A stretch of 64,000 bases of DNA, from the NCBI GenBank assembly GCA_038087875.1, contig JAXLNO010001765.1, positions 124,001-188,000 on the forward strand, written 5' to 3'. The position numbers and the translations under genes were made by a program. A model generated the notes under the pieces. The model was not told where the DNA came from and did no database searches. It saw nothing but the letters and a program-made list of their open reading frames with translations. This stretch comes from Malacoraja senta. Taxonomy: Eukaryota. Numbering within the stretch: the first letter of the stretch is position 1; each line of letters starts with the position of its first letter. Shown piece after piece: positions 11,700-23,345 of this stretch.

Positions 11700-11985
11700 A
11701 TACATCTTAGAATAAAGGGGAGGCCATTTAAGACTGAGGTGACAACAAACTTTTTCACCCAGAGAGTTGTGAATTTGTGGAATTCCCTGCCACAGAGGGC
11801 AGTGGAGGCCAAATCACTGGGTGGATTTAAGAGAGTTAGATAGAGCTCTAGGGGCTAGTGGAGTCAAGGGATATGGGGAGAAGGCAGGCACGGGTTATTG
11901 ATTGGGGACGATCAGTCATGATCACAATGAATGGCGGTGCTGGCTCGAAGGGCCGAATGGCCTCCTCCTGCACCTGTTGTCTATG
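11700..11985 (+). mobile_element. CR1 LINE 3' end fragment
   Basis: Same 3' UTR (GAATGGCGGTGCTGGCTCGAAGGGCCGAATGGCC...) as the long CR1 copies. Confidence 0.85.
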
Positions 11986-12184
11986 TTTCTATGATAACAA
12001 CTAAGCCACTCCTCTAGTAGGGAAACGCAAATGCAGCATCTATGGAGCGGAGGAAATAGGCAACGTTTCAGTCTGAAGAAGGGTTTGGGCCCGAAACGTT
12101 GCCTATTTCCTTCGCTCCATAGATGCTGCTGCACCCACTGAGTTTCTCCAGCATTGTTTACCTTCCATTTTCCAGCATCTGCAG

Positions 12185-12218
12185 CAAAGACACTAGAGGA
12201 TCCGCCATATAATCTTTG
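12185..12218. mobile_element. 34-bp P-like terminal remnant (candidate excision footprint) flanked by an 8-bp TSD
   Basis: ATCTGCAG (12177-12184) + CAAAGACACTAGAGGATCCGCCATATAATCTTTG + ATCTGCAG (12219-12226). The uninterrupted host repeat at about 13341-13365 has a single ATCTGCAG. Confidence 0.8.
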
Positions 12219-12436
12219 ATCTGCAGTTCCTTCTTCAACACTTTGTCCTTGAGTATCTTTGTTGTCCACAAAGGCGCTTCCGGCGCAAGGGGAGGGGATG
12301 GGACGGTTTAGGGCGGCGCACCGGCGCTGGCAACGTGGGACGGTGGGTGGAGGGCGTCCGGGTGGAGGGCGAAACGCCCAATGTTGCTTCCGGAGTGGGT
12401 TTGTGTTGTTGTTTGGTGTATTGAGGGTGGGATGGA

Positions 12437-12568
12437 NNNNNNNNNNNNNNNNNNNNNNNNNNNNNNNNNNNNNNNNNNNNNNNNNNNNNNNNNNNNNNNN
12501 NNNNNNNNNNNNNNNNNNNNNNNNNNNNNNNNNNNNNNNNNNNNNNNNNNNNNNNNNNNNNNNNNNNN
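12437..12568. other. Assembly gap (132 N)
   Basis: Run of N. Confidence 1.
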
Positions 12569-13245
12569 GAGTGGGTTTGTAGGTTAATTGGTTTCTGGTA
12601 AAGATTGTAAATTGTCCCCCTGTGTGTGTGTAGGATAATGTTAGTGTGCGGGGATCGCTAGTCAGCACAGACTCGGTGGGCTGAAGGGCCTGTTTCCGCG
12701 CTGTATCTCTAAACTAAACTAGTGTGTGAACGGGCGATCGCTGGGCAGCACAGTCTCGGTGGGCCGAAGGGCCTGTTTCTGTGCTGTATCTCTAAACTAA
12801 ACTGGACTAAACTGGTTGAAGAACATAATTCAAACATCAAGTTGTACACCTTGGATTTTTCCAGCATCTGCAGTTCTTTCTTAAACATGTACTTGTCCCT
12901 TGTACTTTTCCTGAGTGTATGGTGGGGGTAATATGGAGTGAGCTTTACCCAAAATCAAATGTGAGGTAAGAGTCGTTTAATTGTCATATGTATCAACAAT
13001 AGAACAACAAAATTCTGACTTGCTGCAGCTTCACCTGCATGTAACTGCAATAACACAGAGATAATATAAAACAACCAATATAACAATAAATTAATAACTG
13101 TAATACTGGACTATCATAATAGTGCAAAAAACTAAATTCATAGTACATTCAAAGACAGTCCGTAGATGATCATAGATGCTGAAGTTAGTTTTGTGTGGTG
13201 TTGAAGAGCCTGATGTTTGCTGAGAAGAGGCTATTCTTGAATCTG

Positions 13246-13371
13246 AAGAAGGGTTTCGGCCCGAAACGTTACCTATTTCCTTCGCTCCATAGATGCTGCT
13301 GCACCCACTGAGTTTCTCCAGCATTTTTGTGTACCTTCGATTTTCCAGCATCTGCAGTTCCTTCTTTAACA
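13246..13371 (+). mobile_element. Short Penelope pLTR-derived element with 15-bp TSD and hammerhead core
   Basis: CTATTCTTGAATCTG at 13231-13245 and 13372-13386 flanks AAGAAGGGTTTCGGCCCGAAACGTT...CAGTTCCTTCTTTAACA. Confidence 0.8.
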
Positions 13372-13434
13372 CTATTCTTGAATCTGGTTGTCATGGTTTT
13401 CAGGCTGCTGTACCTTTCCCTATATCTATACTTA

Positions 13435-13740
13435 GGGGCGGCAGGGTGGCGCAGCGGTAGAATTGCTGCCTTATAGCAACAGACACCAGGGTTCGATCCT
13501 GACTATGGGTGCGGTCCGCACGGAGTTTGTATGTTGGGTGAACGCATGGGTTTTCTCCGGGTGCTCCAGTTTCCTCCCACACTCCAAAGACATACAGGTT
13601 TGCAGGTTAATTGGTTTGTAAATTGTAATTTGTACCTAGTGTGTGTAGGATAGTGCCAATGTAAAGGGATCATTGGTCTTCGCAAACTTGGTAGGCCAAA
13701 AGGCCTGTTTCCATGCTGTATCTCTAAACTAAACTAAACT
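13435..13740 (+). mobile_element. V-SINE (HE1-like), full length
   Basis: A-box-like GTGGCGCAGCGG, B-box GGTTCGATCC, (TAAAC)n tail. Confidence 0.85.
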
Positions 13741-13785
13741 AATTCTGCCCTGAGAGTGTGTGCTTGGACAACGCAGACACAGCTT

Positions 13786-14100
13786 AAAGGCCCTGTCCCA
13801 CTGTACGAGCTAATTCAAGAGTTCTCCCGAGTTTCCCCTGATTCGAACTCGTAGAATTACGGTAATAGCTGCTCGTAGGTACTTGGGGTCTCGTGGACTT
13901 TTTTCAACATGTTGAAAAATCTTCATGAGTCTTCACGAGCTTACCGCGTTTCCCGAGTACCTGCCGTTAGCGTTACGAGCCGCTAGGAGACTTCCCGAGC
14001 TCCGACGTACCCGCTACGTACATTCTACGTGCTTACCACGAGTTTAATTTTTTTAACTCGGGAGAGCTCTTGAATTACCTCGTACAGTGGGACAGGCTTT
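13786..14100. mobile_element. Harbinger-like MITE
   Basis: TIRs AAGGCCCTGTCCCACTGTACGAG / CTCGTACAGTGGGACAGGCTTT; same family as 31912-32229. Confidence 0.75.
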
Positions 14101-14342
14101 GAATTTTCTTTTTAAAAGGCAGTACATTGAGGCAACTGGCAGATTTGGTGCCCCTCTGCTACAGCAACTTGGATTCAATCCTGATCTCGGGTACAACGTG
14201 TATCATTTTCTTGTTCTCCCGATGACACGTGGATCTCCACCAAATGCTCCGTTCCTCCTATATCTCAAAGACATGCGAGTTGGTTGGTTAATTGAATTTT
14301 GTAAATTGCCCAGTGTGTGATTGGATGACAGATGTTGTCTAT

Positions 14343-14653
14343 GTTTAGTTTAGTTTAGAGATACAGTGAGGAAACAGACCCTACAGCCCACCGGGCCTGC
14401 ACCGACCAGCGATCCCCGCATTTTAACGCTACCCTACACACACTAGGGGTAATTTTACCTTTTATACCAAGCCAATTAACGTACAAACCTGTACGTCTTT
14501 GGAGTGTGGGAGGAAACCGAAGATCTTGGAGAAAACCTACGCAGGTCACGGGGAGAACGTACAAACTCCATATAGAAAAGCACTTGTAGTCAGGATTGAA
14601 CCCAGATCTCTGGCACTGTAAAGCAGTAGCCTTACGACTATGACACCATGCCA
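14343..14653 (-). mobile_element. V-SINE (HE1-like), full length
   Basis: Reverse complement of the 13435 family. Confidence 0.85.
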
Positions 14654-16369
14654 TCCTTCAGCAAGGCCCCACATGGGTGGCTGGTCCATTAGGTTTGAAA
14701 ACATGGGATCCAGGGTGAGCTAGTCAATTGGACACAAAGTTGGCTTGGTGGTAGGAGTCAGAGAATGGTAGTGGAGGGTTGTTTTTTTTACATAGGAAGC
14801 CTGTGACTATTGGTATGCCTCAGGGACTGATGCTCTGATGTCATTCAGTCACACACAGTGCTCTCAGACTGATTAATGATTTCAATTTGCAGAAATGAAA
14901 GAGATGAAGGAAAGAGAGATAGAGCTGAGGGATGAGAGATGGAGAGATAAATAGATGGAGAGAGATAGGGAGATAGAGAGAGATATATATAGTGAGATGG
15001 AGAGCGATGATAGATAGAGAGAGGGAAACAGTGTGGACACAGGATGTCTGGGGATGGCCAGTTTATAAATGGACTACACTATGAAGGAAAATAGATCAAT
15101 GTTAAGAGTTCTCAAGCCAGATAAGCAAAACAAAGATGTGTTTTGTTATTCAGTCCATGGATGAGTGGCAACTTGAATTTCTTGATTTTCTTTTCAGAGT
15201 TCAGACCTTGGATTAGAGTCTATTGTGCAACAAATCAGCTGAGCCCCTGGACAGATTAATGGTTGCCTGTTCAACATTCTGTACAACTGTAACACGACAC
15301 CCCAACCCTAGTCCTCAGTACCATGGCTGAGGAAACATGGCATAACATATACTCTGTGTAGGAATGAACAGCAGATGCTAATTTAAACCGAAGATAGACA
15401 CAAAAAGCTAGAGAGACTCGGCGGCAATATTTCTGGAGAGAAGGAATGGGTGACGTTTTGGATTGAGGCGATTCTTCAGACATATATTCCCTTCACTACC
15501 CTATCAAACTATGATGCCATTTTCAGGGAACTATGTAATTGTACACCAAGGTACAGCTCCATTTACAATCCTGCAATAGATTTGGCCAGCCCTGATTTGA
15601 CTTCCCAAAATTCATCAAATCACACTTGTTTGAGTTAGATTTCAACTGGCATTCCTTCCCCCCCTCACCTCCCATCCCCTCACCTCCATACCTTTCCGGT
15701 TGATCAACATTATTTTGTAATCTTAGACAACAATTATCATTACCTAATATACTTATCAATTTTGTTGTCAACTCTGGCAAAGAAGAATCCAAAGATACTT
15801 TATGTACATTCAAGAGTCAATATTGTTTTATTGTCATACTAGACCAAGTGCAGATTGGGTCTGCTCCCCCAACGAAATATTCCAGCACTCACCCGTTTCC
15901 CCCAACGCAACCCGTTTGGCTTAAAAAACAACTTTAATCATGAATAACCCGGTGAGGGGAGGGGAGGGGACGGGGGTGTGGCACTCGGCAGCTTGAGAGC
16001 CCATCGTGATTGGTGCACTGGAGGGGGGTGGGGGGGAGGGAGGGTTTGAGCACTGGAGTGCCCATCCCTCCTGGAGTGGCCCTGTCCTGCCTTGCGAGTG
16101 CATTGTGAAGTCACTCGGATTTTGTTTCCAAAATGGAAGAGTTTGAAGAAATCAGACTGTTTAAAAAAATGTTATGATTAATAACTTCGGAAATATAGGT
16201 GGAAATGTGACGGGAAGATGTTTATCGCCACCACGGGAAAAATGTGAGTACGACGTGTGAAAATGAGAAAGCTGTGGCCTAGCATTAGGAAGAAGATAGG
16301 AATTAACCAGATTGACACACACAGAGACACATCGTGGGCACAAACAAGCCAAAGACTTTTAGTTATATA

Positions 16370-16531
16370 GAGATGTCCTAGATAGAACAATGACATTCTT
16401 ACTTGCAGCAGCACAACAGAATATGTAAACATAGTACACTGTAAACAATATAAGAAACAAGAAATAAAAATATCTGGGTGTGTATATATATACACATACT
16501 CACAAATACACATATATACAGATCATATTCG

Positions 16532-16562
<31 letters not shown>

Positions 16563-16880
16563 TCATATGTACACACAAAAAAAAAACAATAATGGTGCAA
16601 CAATAACAATAATAGTCTATGTAGTTAAGAGCTTGTTTAAGGCTGTAGTGTTTAATAGCCTAAAGGCTGTAGGGTAGAAGTTATTCCTGAACCTGACGTT
16701 ACAGTTTTAAGGCTCCTGTACCTTCTACCCTATGGCAGGGGTGAAATAAGTGTGTGGCCAGGGTGGTGTGGGTCTCTGATGATGCTTGCTGCCTTTTTGA
16801 GCTTCCTTCGATGGTAGGAAGGTCAGAACCCGTGATGGACTGGGCAGTGTTCACAAGTTTTTACAGCCTTCTTCGCTCCT
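16370..16880 (-). mobile_element. Rex/Babar-type LINE 3' fragment with (TA)n(CA)n tract
   Basis: GATGATGCTTGCTGCCTTTTTGAG...GATGGACTGGGCAGTGTT is homologous to 1-162. Confidence 0.6.
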
Positions 16881-17050
16881 ATATTAAATGAATGAGGGTA
16901 ACTTGATAAAGAATAAATCCACTCAGAAAATAAAAGCTGTCATCTCTGTGAGGAGCTGCATGAGATGAGCAAGATCTTCAATGAGTATTTCTCCCCTGTT
17001 TTTACTGTGGAGAAAGATTTGAAGATGAGGGAGCTTGCAACAGGAAATGC

Positions 17051-18565
17051 CCACCCCCTATCAGTCTGAAGAAGGGTTTCGGCCCGAAACGTTACCTATT
17101 TCCTTCGCTCCATAGATGCTGCTGCACCCGCTGAGTTTCTCCAGCATTTTTGTGTTCCTCCCATTTCCTCCAAATACAAGGCGTAGCTATGGGCACACGC
17201 ATGGGCCCCAGCTACGCCTGCCTCTTTGTCGGGTACGTAGAACAATCCCTGTTCAATGCGTACCAGGGCCCCATCCCCGACCTCTACCTCCGCTACATCG
17301 ATGATTGTTTTGGTGCCACATCCTGCACCCACACACAACTGACTGACTTCATCCGCTTCACCACCAACTTCCATCCGGCACTTAAATACACCTGGACCAT
17401 TTCCGACACTTCCCTACCATTCCTTGACCTCACTATCTCCATCGCAGGTGATAGACTCCTTACCGACATCCACTACAAACCTACCGACTCCCATGGCTAT
17501 CTGGACTACACTTCTTCCCACCCTGCTTCCTGTAAGGACTCCATCCCCCACTCCCAATTCCTCCGTCTACGCCGCATCTGCTCCCAGGATGAGGCGTTCC
17601 ACACCAGGGCATCTGAAATGTCCTCATTCTTCAGGGAACGGGGGTTCCCCTCCTCCACCATAGATGAGGCTCGCACCAGGGTCTCTGCCATACCCCGCAA
17701 CACTGCTCTCTCTCCCCATCCCCCCACTCACAACAAAGGCAGAGTCCCCCTAGTCCTCACCTTTCACCCCACCAGCCGTCACATACAACAAGTGATCCTC
17801 CGTCAGTTTCGCCACCTCCAACGTGACCCCACCACTCGCCACATCTTCCCATCTCCCCCTATGTCTGCCTTCCGCAAAGACCGCTCCCTCCGTAACTCCC
17901 TTGTCAATTCTTCCCTTCCCTCCCATACCACCCCCTCCCCTGGTACTTTCCCTTGCAACCGCAAGAGATGCAACACTTGTCCCTTCACCTCCCCCCTCCA
18001 CTCCATTCAAGGACCCAAGCAGTCGTTCCAGGTGCGACAGAGGTTCACCTGCATCTCCTCCAACCTCATCTATTGCATTCGCTGCTCTAGATGCCAGCTG
18101 ATCTACATCGGTGAGACCAAGCGGAGGCTTGGCGATCGTTTCGCCGAACACCTCCGGTCGGTCCGCAATAACCAACCTGAACTCCCGGTGGCTCAGCACT
18201 TCAACTCCCCCTCCCATTCCGTATCTGACCTCTCTGTCCTGGGTCTCCTCCATGGCCACAGCGAGCAACACCGTAAATTGGAGGAAATGCACCTCATATT
18301 CCGCTTGGGCAGTCTACACCCTGGTGGCCTGAACGTTGAATTCTCCCAATTCTGCTAGCCCTGGCTGTCCCCTCCCCTTCATCAGCCATCTGGTTGTCTC
18401 CTCCCCTCCCCCCACCCTCGGGCTCCTCCTCCTCCTTTTCCTTTTTTCCTTTCTTCTCCCCACCCCCTATCAGTCTGAAGAAGGGTTTCGGCCCGAAACG
18501 TTACCTATTTCCTTCGCTCCATAGATGCTGCTGCACCCGCTGAGTTTCTCCAGCATTTTTGTGTA
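17051..18565 (+). mobile_element. Penelope-like element, 5' truncated, flanked by direct pLTR repeats
   Basis: The ~100-bp repeat CCACCCCCTATCAGTCTGAAGAAGGG...CCAGCATTTTTGTGT occurs at 17051-17150 and 18461-18565. Confidence 0.95.
17150..18358 (+). CDS. Penelope RT (C-terminal half) plus GIY-YIG endonuclease, open 402-aa frame
   Basis: QIQGVAMGTRMGPSYA, YLRYIDD, FLDL, then CTCISSNLIYCIRC...IYIGETKRRLGDRFAEH (GIY-YIG). 5' truncated. Confidence 0.9.
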   Translation: MCSSHFLQIQGVAMGTRMGPSYACLFVGYVEQSLFNAYQGPIPDLYLRYIDDCFGATSCTHTQLTDFIRFTTNFHPALKYTWTISDTSLPFLDLTISIAGDRLLTDIHYKPTDSHGYLDYTSSHPASCKDSIPHSQFLRLRRICSQDEAFHTRASEMSSFFRERGFPSSTIDEARTRVSAIPRNTALSPHPPTHNKGRVPLVLTFHPTSRHIQQVILRQFRHLQRDPTTRHIFPSPPMSAFRKDRSLRNSLVNSSLPSHTTPSPGTFPCNRKRCNTCPFTSPLHSIQGPKQSFQVRQRFTCISSNLIYCIRCSRCQLIYIGETKRRLGDRFAEHLRSVRNNQPELPVAQHFNSPSHSVSDLSVLGLLHGHSEQHRKLEEMHLIFRLGSLHPGGLNVEFSQFC

Positions 18566-19390
18566 CCACAGGAAATGGAGATGTCTGGAGGTCAGTCCGT
18601 GTTATGGCCGATGATGTGCTGGAAATCCTAAGACATATGAAAGTAGATAATTCACCCAGACCTGATCACATATATCTGAGGACAATGTGGGGAGCTAGAG
18701 AAGAAATTGCAAGCGCCCTGACTGAGAGATATGAATCATTGTTAGACATGGGTGAGGTACCGGATAAATGGAGGGTGGCAAATGTGGTGCATCTATTTAA
18801 GAAGGACTACAGGGCAAAACCTAGAAACTATAAATCAGTGGGCCTACAATCTGCGGTAGGTAAGTTACTGGAGAGGATTCAGAGAGAGAAGATAAATATG
18901 CATTTGAAGAGACAAGGGCTGGTCAGCGTGGTTTTGTACGTGGGAGATCATGCCTCACCAATCTGGTAGTTTTTGGAAAAAGTAACCAAGAAGGTTGATG
19001 ATGATAAGGTCATAGACATTGTACATATGGTCTTCAGCAAGGCCTTTGATAAGTTTCTGCATGGTAGGCTGCCCTTGATGATTAGAGCTCATGGCATTCA
19101 GGGAGAACTAGCTGCCTAACCAATGAATTGGGTTCATGGAAGGAAGCATAGGGTGATAGTGGAAGTGCTTTTCACACAGGAGGCCTGTGACTAGAGGTGT
19201 CCCTCAGGGATCAGTGCTGGGCCCATTGCTGATTGTGGTTTATATGAGCAACTTAGATGAAAATGTGCAGCATGATTAGAAACTTTGCAGATGACATTGA
19301 CATAGTTGGTATCATAAACAGTGAACATAGTTATCAAAAATTACAGCTGGATCTTGATCAGTGAGACAAGTGGGCTGAAGAATGGTTAAT
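18566..19390 (+). mobile_element. Degenerate CR1 RT fragment
   Basis: DNSPRPDHIYLR...WRVANVVHLFKKD...RNYKSVGLQSAVGKLLE. Confidence 0.85.
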
Positions 19391-21769
19391 GGAGCTTCCA
19401 GGCCTGACCTACTGACACTGTTGCCGATGCCACCATCGGCCCACAAAGTTTCCAGGCCATGTTTGCCTCCAACCTTCACCTGTACTCTAGCCCCTCGTGG
19501 GCCCATTGACTCCGCCGCTCCTCGCCTCGTCACCGGCCACCAGCCGGCCAAATACATCAACTCACATGGTTTGCAGTCCCAGTTTTCGGCCATTGACTGT
19601 TGGCCGCTACAATGTATGGTAGAGTTGTCTGGTATCCTTCCCGCCCCCCGCGACTTCCTTCTGATACATAACAGTCAGTCTTCAACAGAGGCCTTACCTT
19701 TGTATCCCTACACCCCCACCTCAACGAGTTCAGGGCTCACCATGATGTAGAGCTCTTCTTCTGTTGCCTCCGCTTCCGAGCCTTTTTCTACGGGAAGGAG
19801 TCCTCACCTCCCGGTGAAAACACCGTCCTCCGTATCCAACATTCCCCCTCCTCTTTGACCCCCTGTGCCAGCCTTCTACCCTCTCCCGACCTGTTTATTT
19901 CGAACTGCCGGCATATCTCTAAACCAAACTCAGTTATGCGCAAATGGTGATTCAATTCTAAGTCAGGATGGATCCCAGGTCAGGTTCACACACATCTGCT
20001 GACCTTGTTGTTCTTGTGCTTGAGATGTTGAGTTTGGAATGTTCTGATGGGCTAGACGACACGTATCTGCAGTGTGTTTTGTCGCTGGTTAAAGCTTGTG
20101 GTGCAGTGAATAAATGAGGAAATGAAATTGAGCATTGTGCATTCAACAACAGACAATCACTTTTGACTTTATAATGGAAGGAAGGTCACTAAAGTCCCAG
20201 ATCTTGATTAGTGAGTGCTCCACATTTTCCAGGCACCTAACATTGATTTACCTTGATTGGGTTACTTGGTATCTGCATAAGGAATGGGAACAGCTTCAAA
20301 CAATCTACTTGATTATCGTTAATTAATTTTATTAATAATATCATAGTCATAGAGTGATACAGTTTGGAAACAGGTCCTTCGGCCCAACTCGCCCACACCG
20401 GCCAACAATGTCCCAGCTACACTGGTCCCATTTGCCTGCGATTGGTCCATATCCCCCCCAAACCTGTCCTATCCATGTACCTGTCCAACTGTTTCTTAAA
20501 CAATAGCATAGTCCCAGCTTCAACTCCCTCCTCTGGCAGCTTGTTCCATACACCCACCACCATTTGTGTGAAAAAGTTACCCCTCGGATACCTATTAAAT
20601 CTTTTCGCCTTCACCTTGAACCTATGTCCTCTGGTCCTCGATTCCCCTACTCTGGGCAAAGTAATCTATGCATTAAATAACAGTTGATTGCGTTATCATT
20701 TCAACGTGTGCTGATCTTTCAGGAAACGTTCCAAGTCAATCCATGTTCATCACACTCATAGTTACTTTGAGGTAACATTGGCTGGGCAGGTTGTCGCTTC
20801 TAGTAATCTTGATAAGGAATGTCAGGCCAAGTGTACAATGCTCAATTATTTCATAAAGTCAGATTCAAGTTAGGGCCGTGGACCAGTGTCTGTTCCATGC
20901 AAGATTAATCCTGATTTTGTGAACTTTACACTAATACCAAATAATGTGGGCTAAACCCTACAGCTCCAAACCAGTGCTGCCACCAAAGCAATAGGTTATA
21001 AGGTCAAGTTAAATCACTACATTGTTTACAACTTTGGAGTTTTGATTTATGCAAAATGTTAGTGGAAATGTGGTAACTCTTGTGTATTGTCTCAATGTAA
21101 TCTATATTTCCTGTAGTCTTGTACTAAAGTATGATTGTCCTTGTGTATTGTAAATGTTTGACAGAACTGTATGCAAAAAGGAATTTCACTGAACCCAGGT
21201 ATATGCGACAATAAAGTACCATTGAACCATTGAATCAATGCACCCACTGTCACTTGAATACATAAGCAGGTTATAGTCAAGAATTATTTTAAAATTCATT
21301 TGCCCAGGTTTATGCACAGGTATGAAGTATTAATAGTCTCAGTTCAGTTTAGTTTATTGTGAAACAGTGAAAGCTGTTTACAGTGAAAAGCTTTTGTTGT
21401 GTGCTAACCAGTCAGCAGAAAGTCAATACATGATTGTAATCGATCTGAAGATAGACACAAAAAGCTGGAGTAACTCAGCAGGACAGGCAGCATCTCTGGA
21501 GAGAAGGAATGGGTGACGTTTCGGGTTGAGACCCTTCTTCAATTCTTCTCTCCAGAGATGCTGCCTGCCCCGCTGAGTTACTCCAGCTTTTTTATGTCTA
21601 TCTTCAGTTTAAACCAGTATCTGCAGTTCCTTCGTACACATTACAATCGATCCATTTACAATGTATCAAAGCAACTGGAGAAAGAATCTCATCCTTTAAT
21701 CCCATTTTTTCCCCTCAGTCCAACACACTGAACACAATGGAAATTAGCTGACTGACCGGAGATGTGTTC

Positions 21770-23345
21770 TCCATGACTTTGCACAACTCAAGCTGTGGAA
21801 GCTCTACAGAGCTGTAGATGTTGTGTACATGGATTTCAGAAAGGTATTCGAAAAGGTAGCATGGTAGGCTGCTCTGGAAGATTTGATCACATGAGATCCA
21901 AGGAGAGATAGCTGAATGGATAGCAAATGGCTCCATGGAAGGAAGCAGAGGATGATGGTGGAAGGTTGCTTCACTGATTGGAGGCGTGTGACTAGTGGTG
22001 TGACTCAGGGTTCGGTGCTGGGCCCGTTACTGTTTGTCATCTACATAATTAGTTTGGATGATATAATTATCCAAGATTAGCGAGTTTGCTGATGATACAC
22101 AAGTGAGTGGTTTTGCAGATAGTGAAGATGGTTGTGAACGATTGCAGGTAGACAATGGTTGTGAACGATTGCAGCAGGATCTGGATCGATTGGCCAGTGG
22201 GCCGAGGAATGTTTGATGGAATTTAATACAGAGAAGTGTGATGTGTTGCTTTTTGGGACGTCTAACACAGTAAATGGTTGGTCTCTGGGGAGTGTTGAGA
22301 GGAGAGGGATCTAGGAGTACAAGTGCAAAGTTCCTTAAAGGTCGAGTCACAGGTAGATAAGGTGGTCAAAAAGGCTTTTGGCACATTGTCCTTCATCAGT
22401 CAGAATAATGAGTACAGAAGTTGGGAGGTCATGTTGCAGTCGTATAAGACGTTGGTGAGACCGCATTTAGAATATTGTGTTCAGTTCTGGGCACCATGTT
22501 ATAGGAAATATATTGTCAAGCTTGAAACTGGTCAGAAAATATTTACAAGGATGTTGCCAGGACTAGAGGGTGTGAGTTATAGGGAGAGGTTGAGTAGGCT
22601 GGGTCTCTATTCCTTGGAGCGCAGGAGGATGAGGGGTGATCTTGTAAGAGGTATACAAAATCATGAGAGGAATAGTTCGGGTAGATGCACAGAGTCTTTT
22701 GCCCAGAGTAGGGGAATCGAGGACCAGATGACATAGTTTCAAGGTCAATGGGAAAAGATTTAATAGGAATCCGAAGGGTGACTTTTTCACACAAAGGGTG
22801 GTGGGTGTATGGAACAAGCTCCCAGAGGAGGTAATTGAGGCTGGGACTATCCCCTCATTTAAGAAACAGTTAGACAGGTACATTAATATGACAGGTTTGG
22901 AGGGATATGGACCAAAGGCAGGCAGGTGGGACTAGTGTAGCTGGGACATGTTGGCCGGTGTGGACAAGTTGGGCTGAAGGGCCTGTTCCCATACTGTATC
23001 ACTCTATGACTCCATAACTAAACCAGGGGCCACAGTCTTAGAATAAAGGGGAGGTCATTTAAGATTGAGGTGAGAAAAATCTTTTTCACCCAGAGAGTTG
23101 TGAATTTATGGAATTCCCTGCCACAGAGGGCAGTGGAGGCCAAGTCACTGGATGGATTTAAGAGAGAGTTAGATAGAGCTCTAGGGGCTAGTGGAGTCAA
23201 GGGATATGGGGAGAAGGAAGGCACGGGTTATTGATAGGGGACGATCAGCCATGATCATAATGAATGGCGGTGCTGGCTCGAAGGGCCGAATGGCCTCTTC
23301 CTGCACCTATTTTCTATGTTTCTATGTTTCTATGTTTCTATGTTT
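21770..23345 (+). mobile_element. Degenerate CR1 3' region(s)
   Basis: YKTLVRPHLEYCVQFWAP, GLYSLERRRMRGDL, followed by two CR1 3' UTRs and (TCTATGTT)n tail. Confidence 0.85.

Noticed and set aside
13435-13510. tRNA gene
   Set aside because: A/B boxes belong to the head of a V-SINE that continues into the SINE core and tail.
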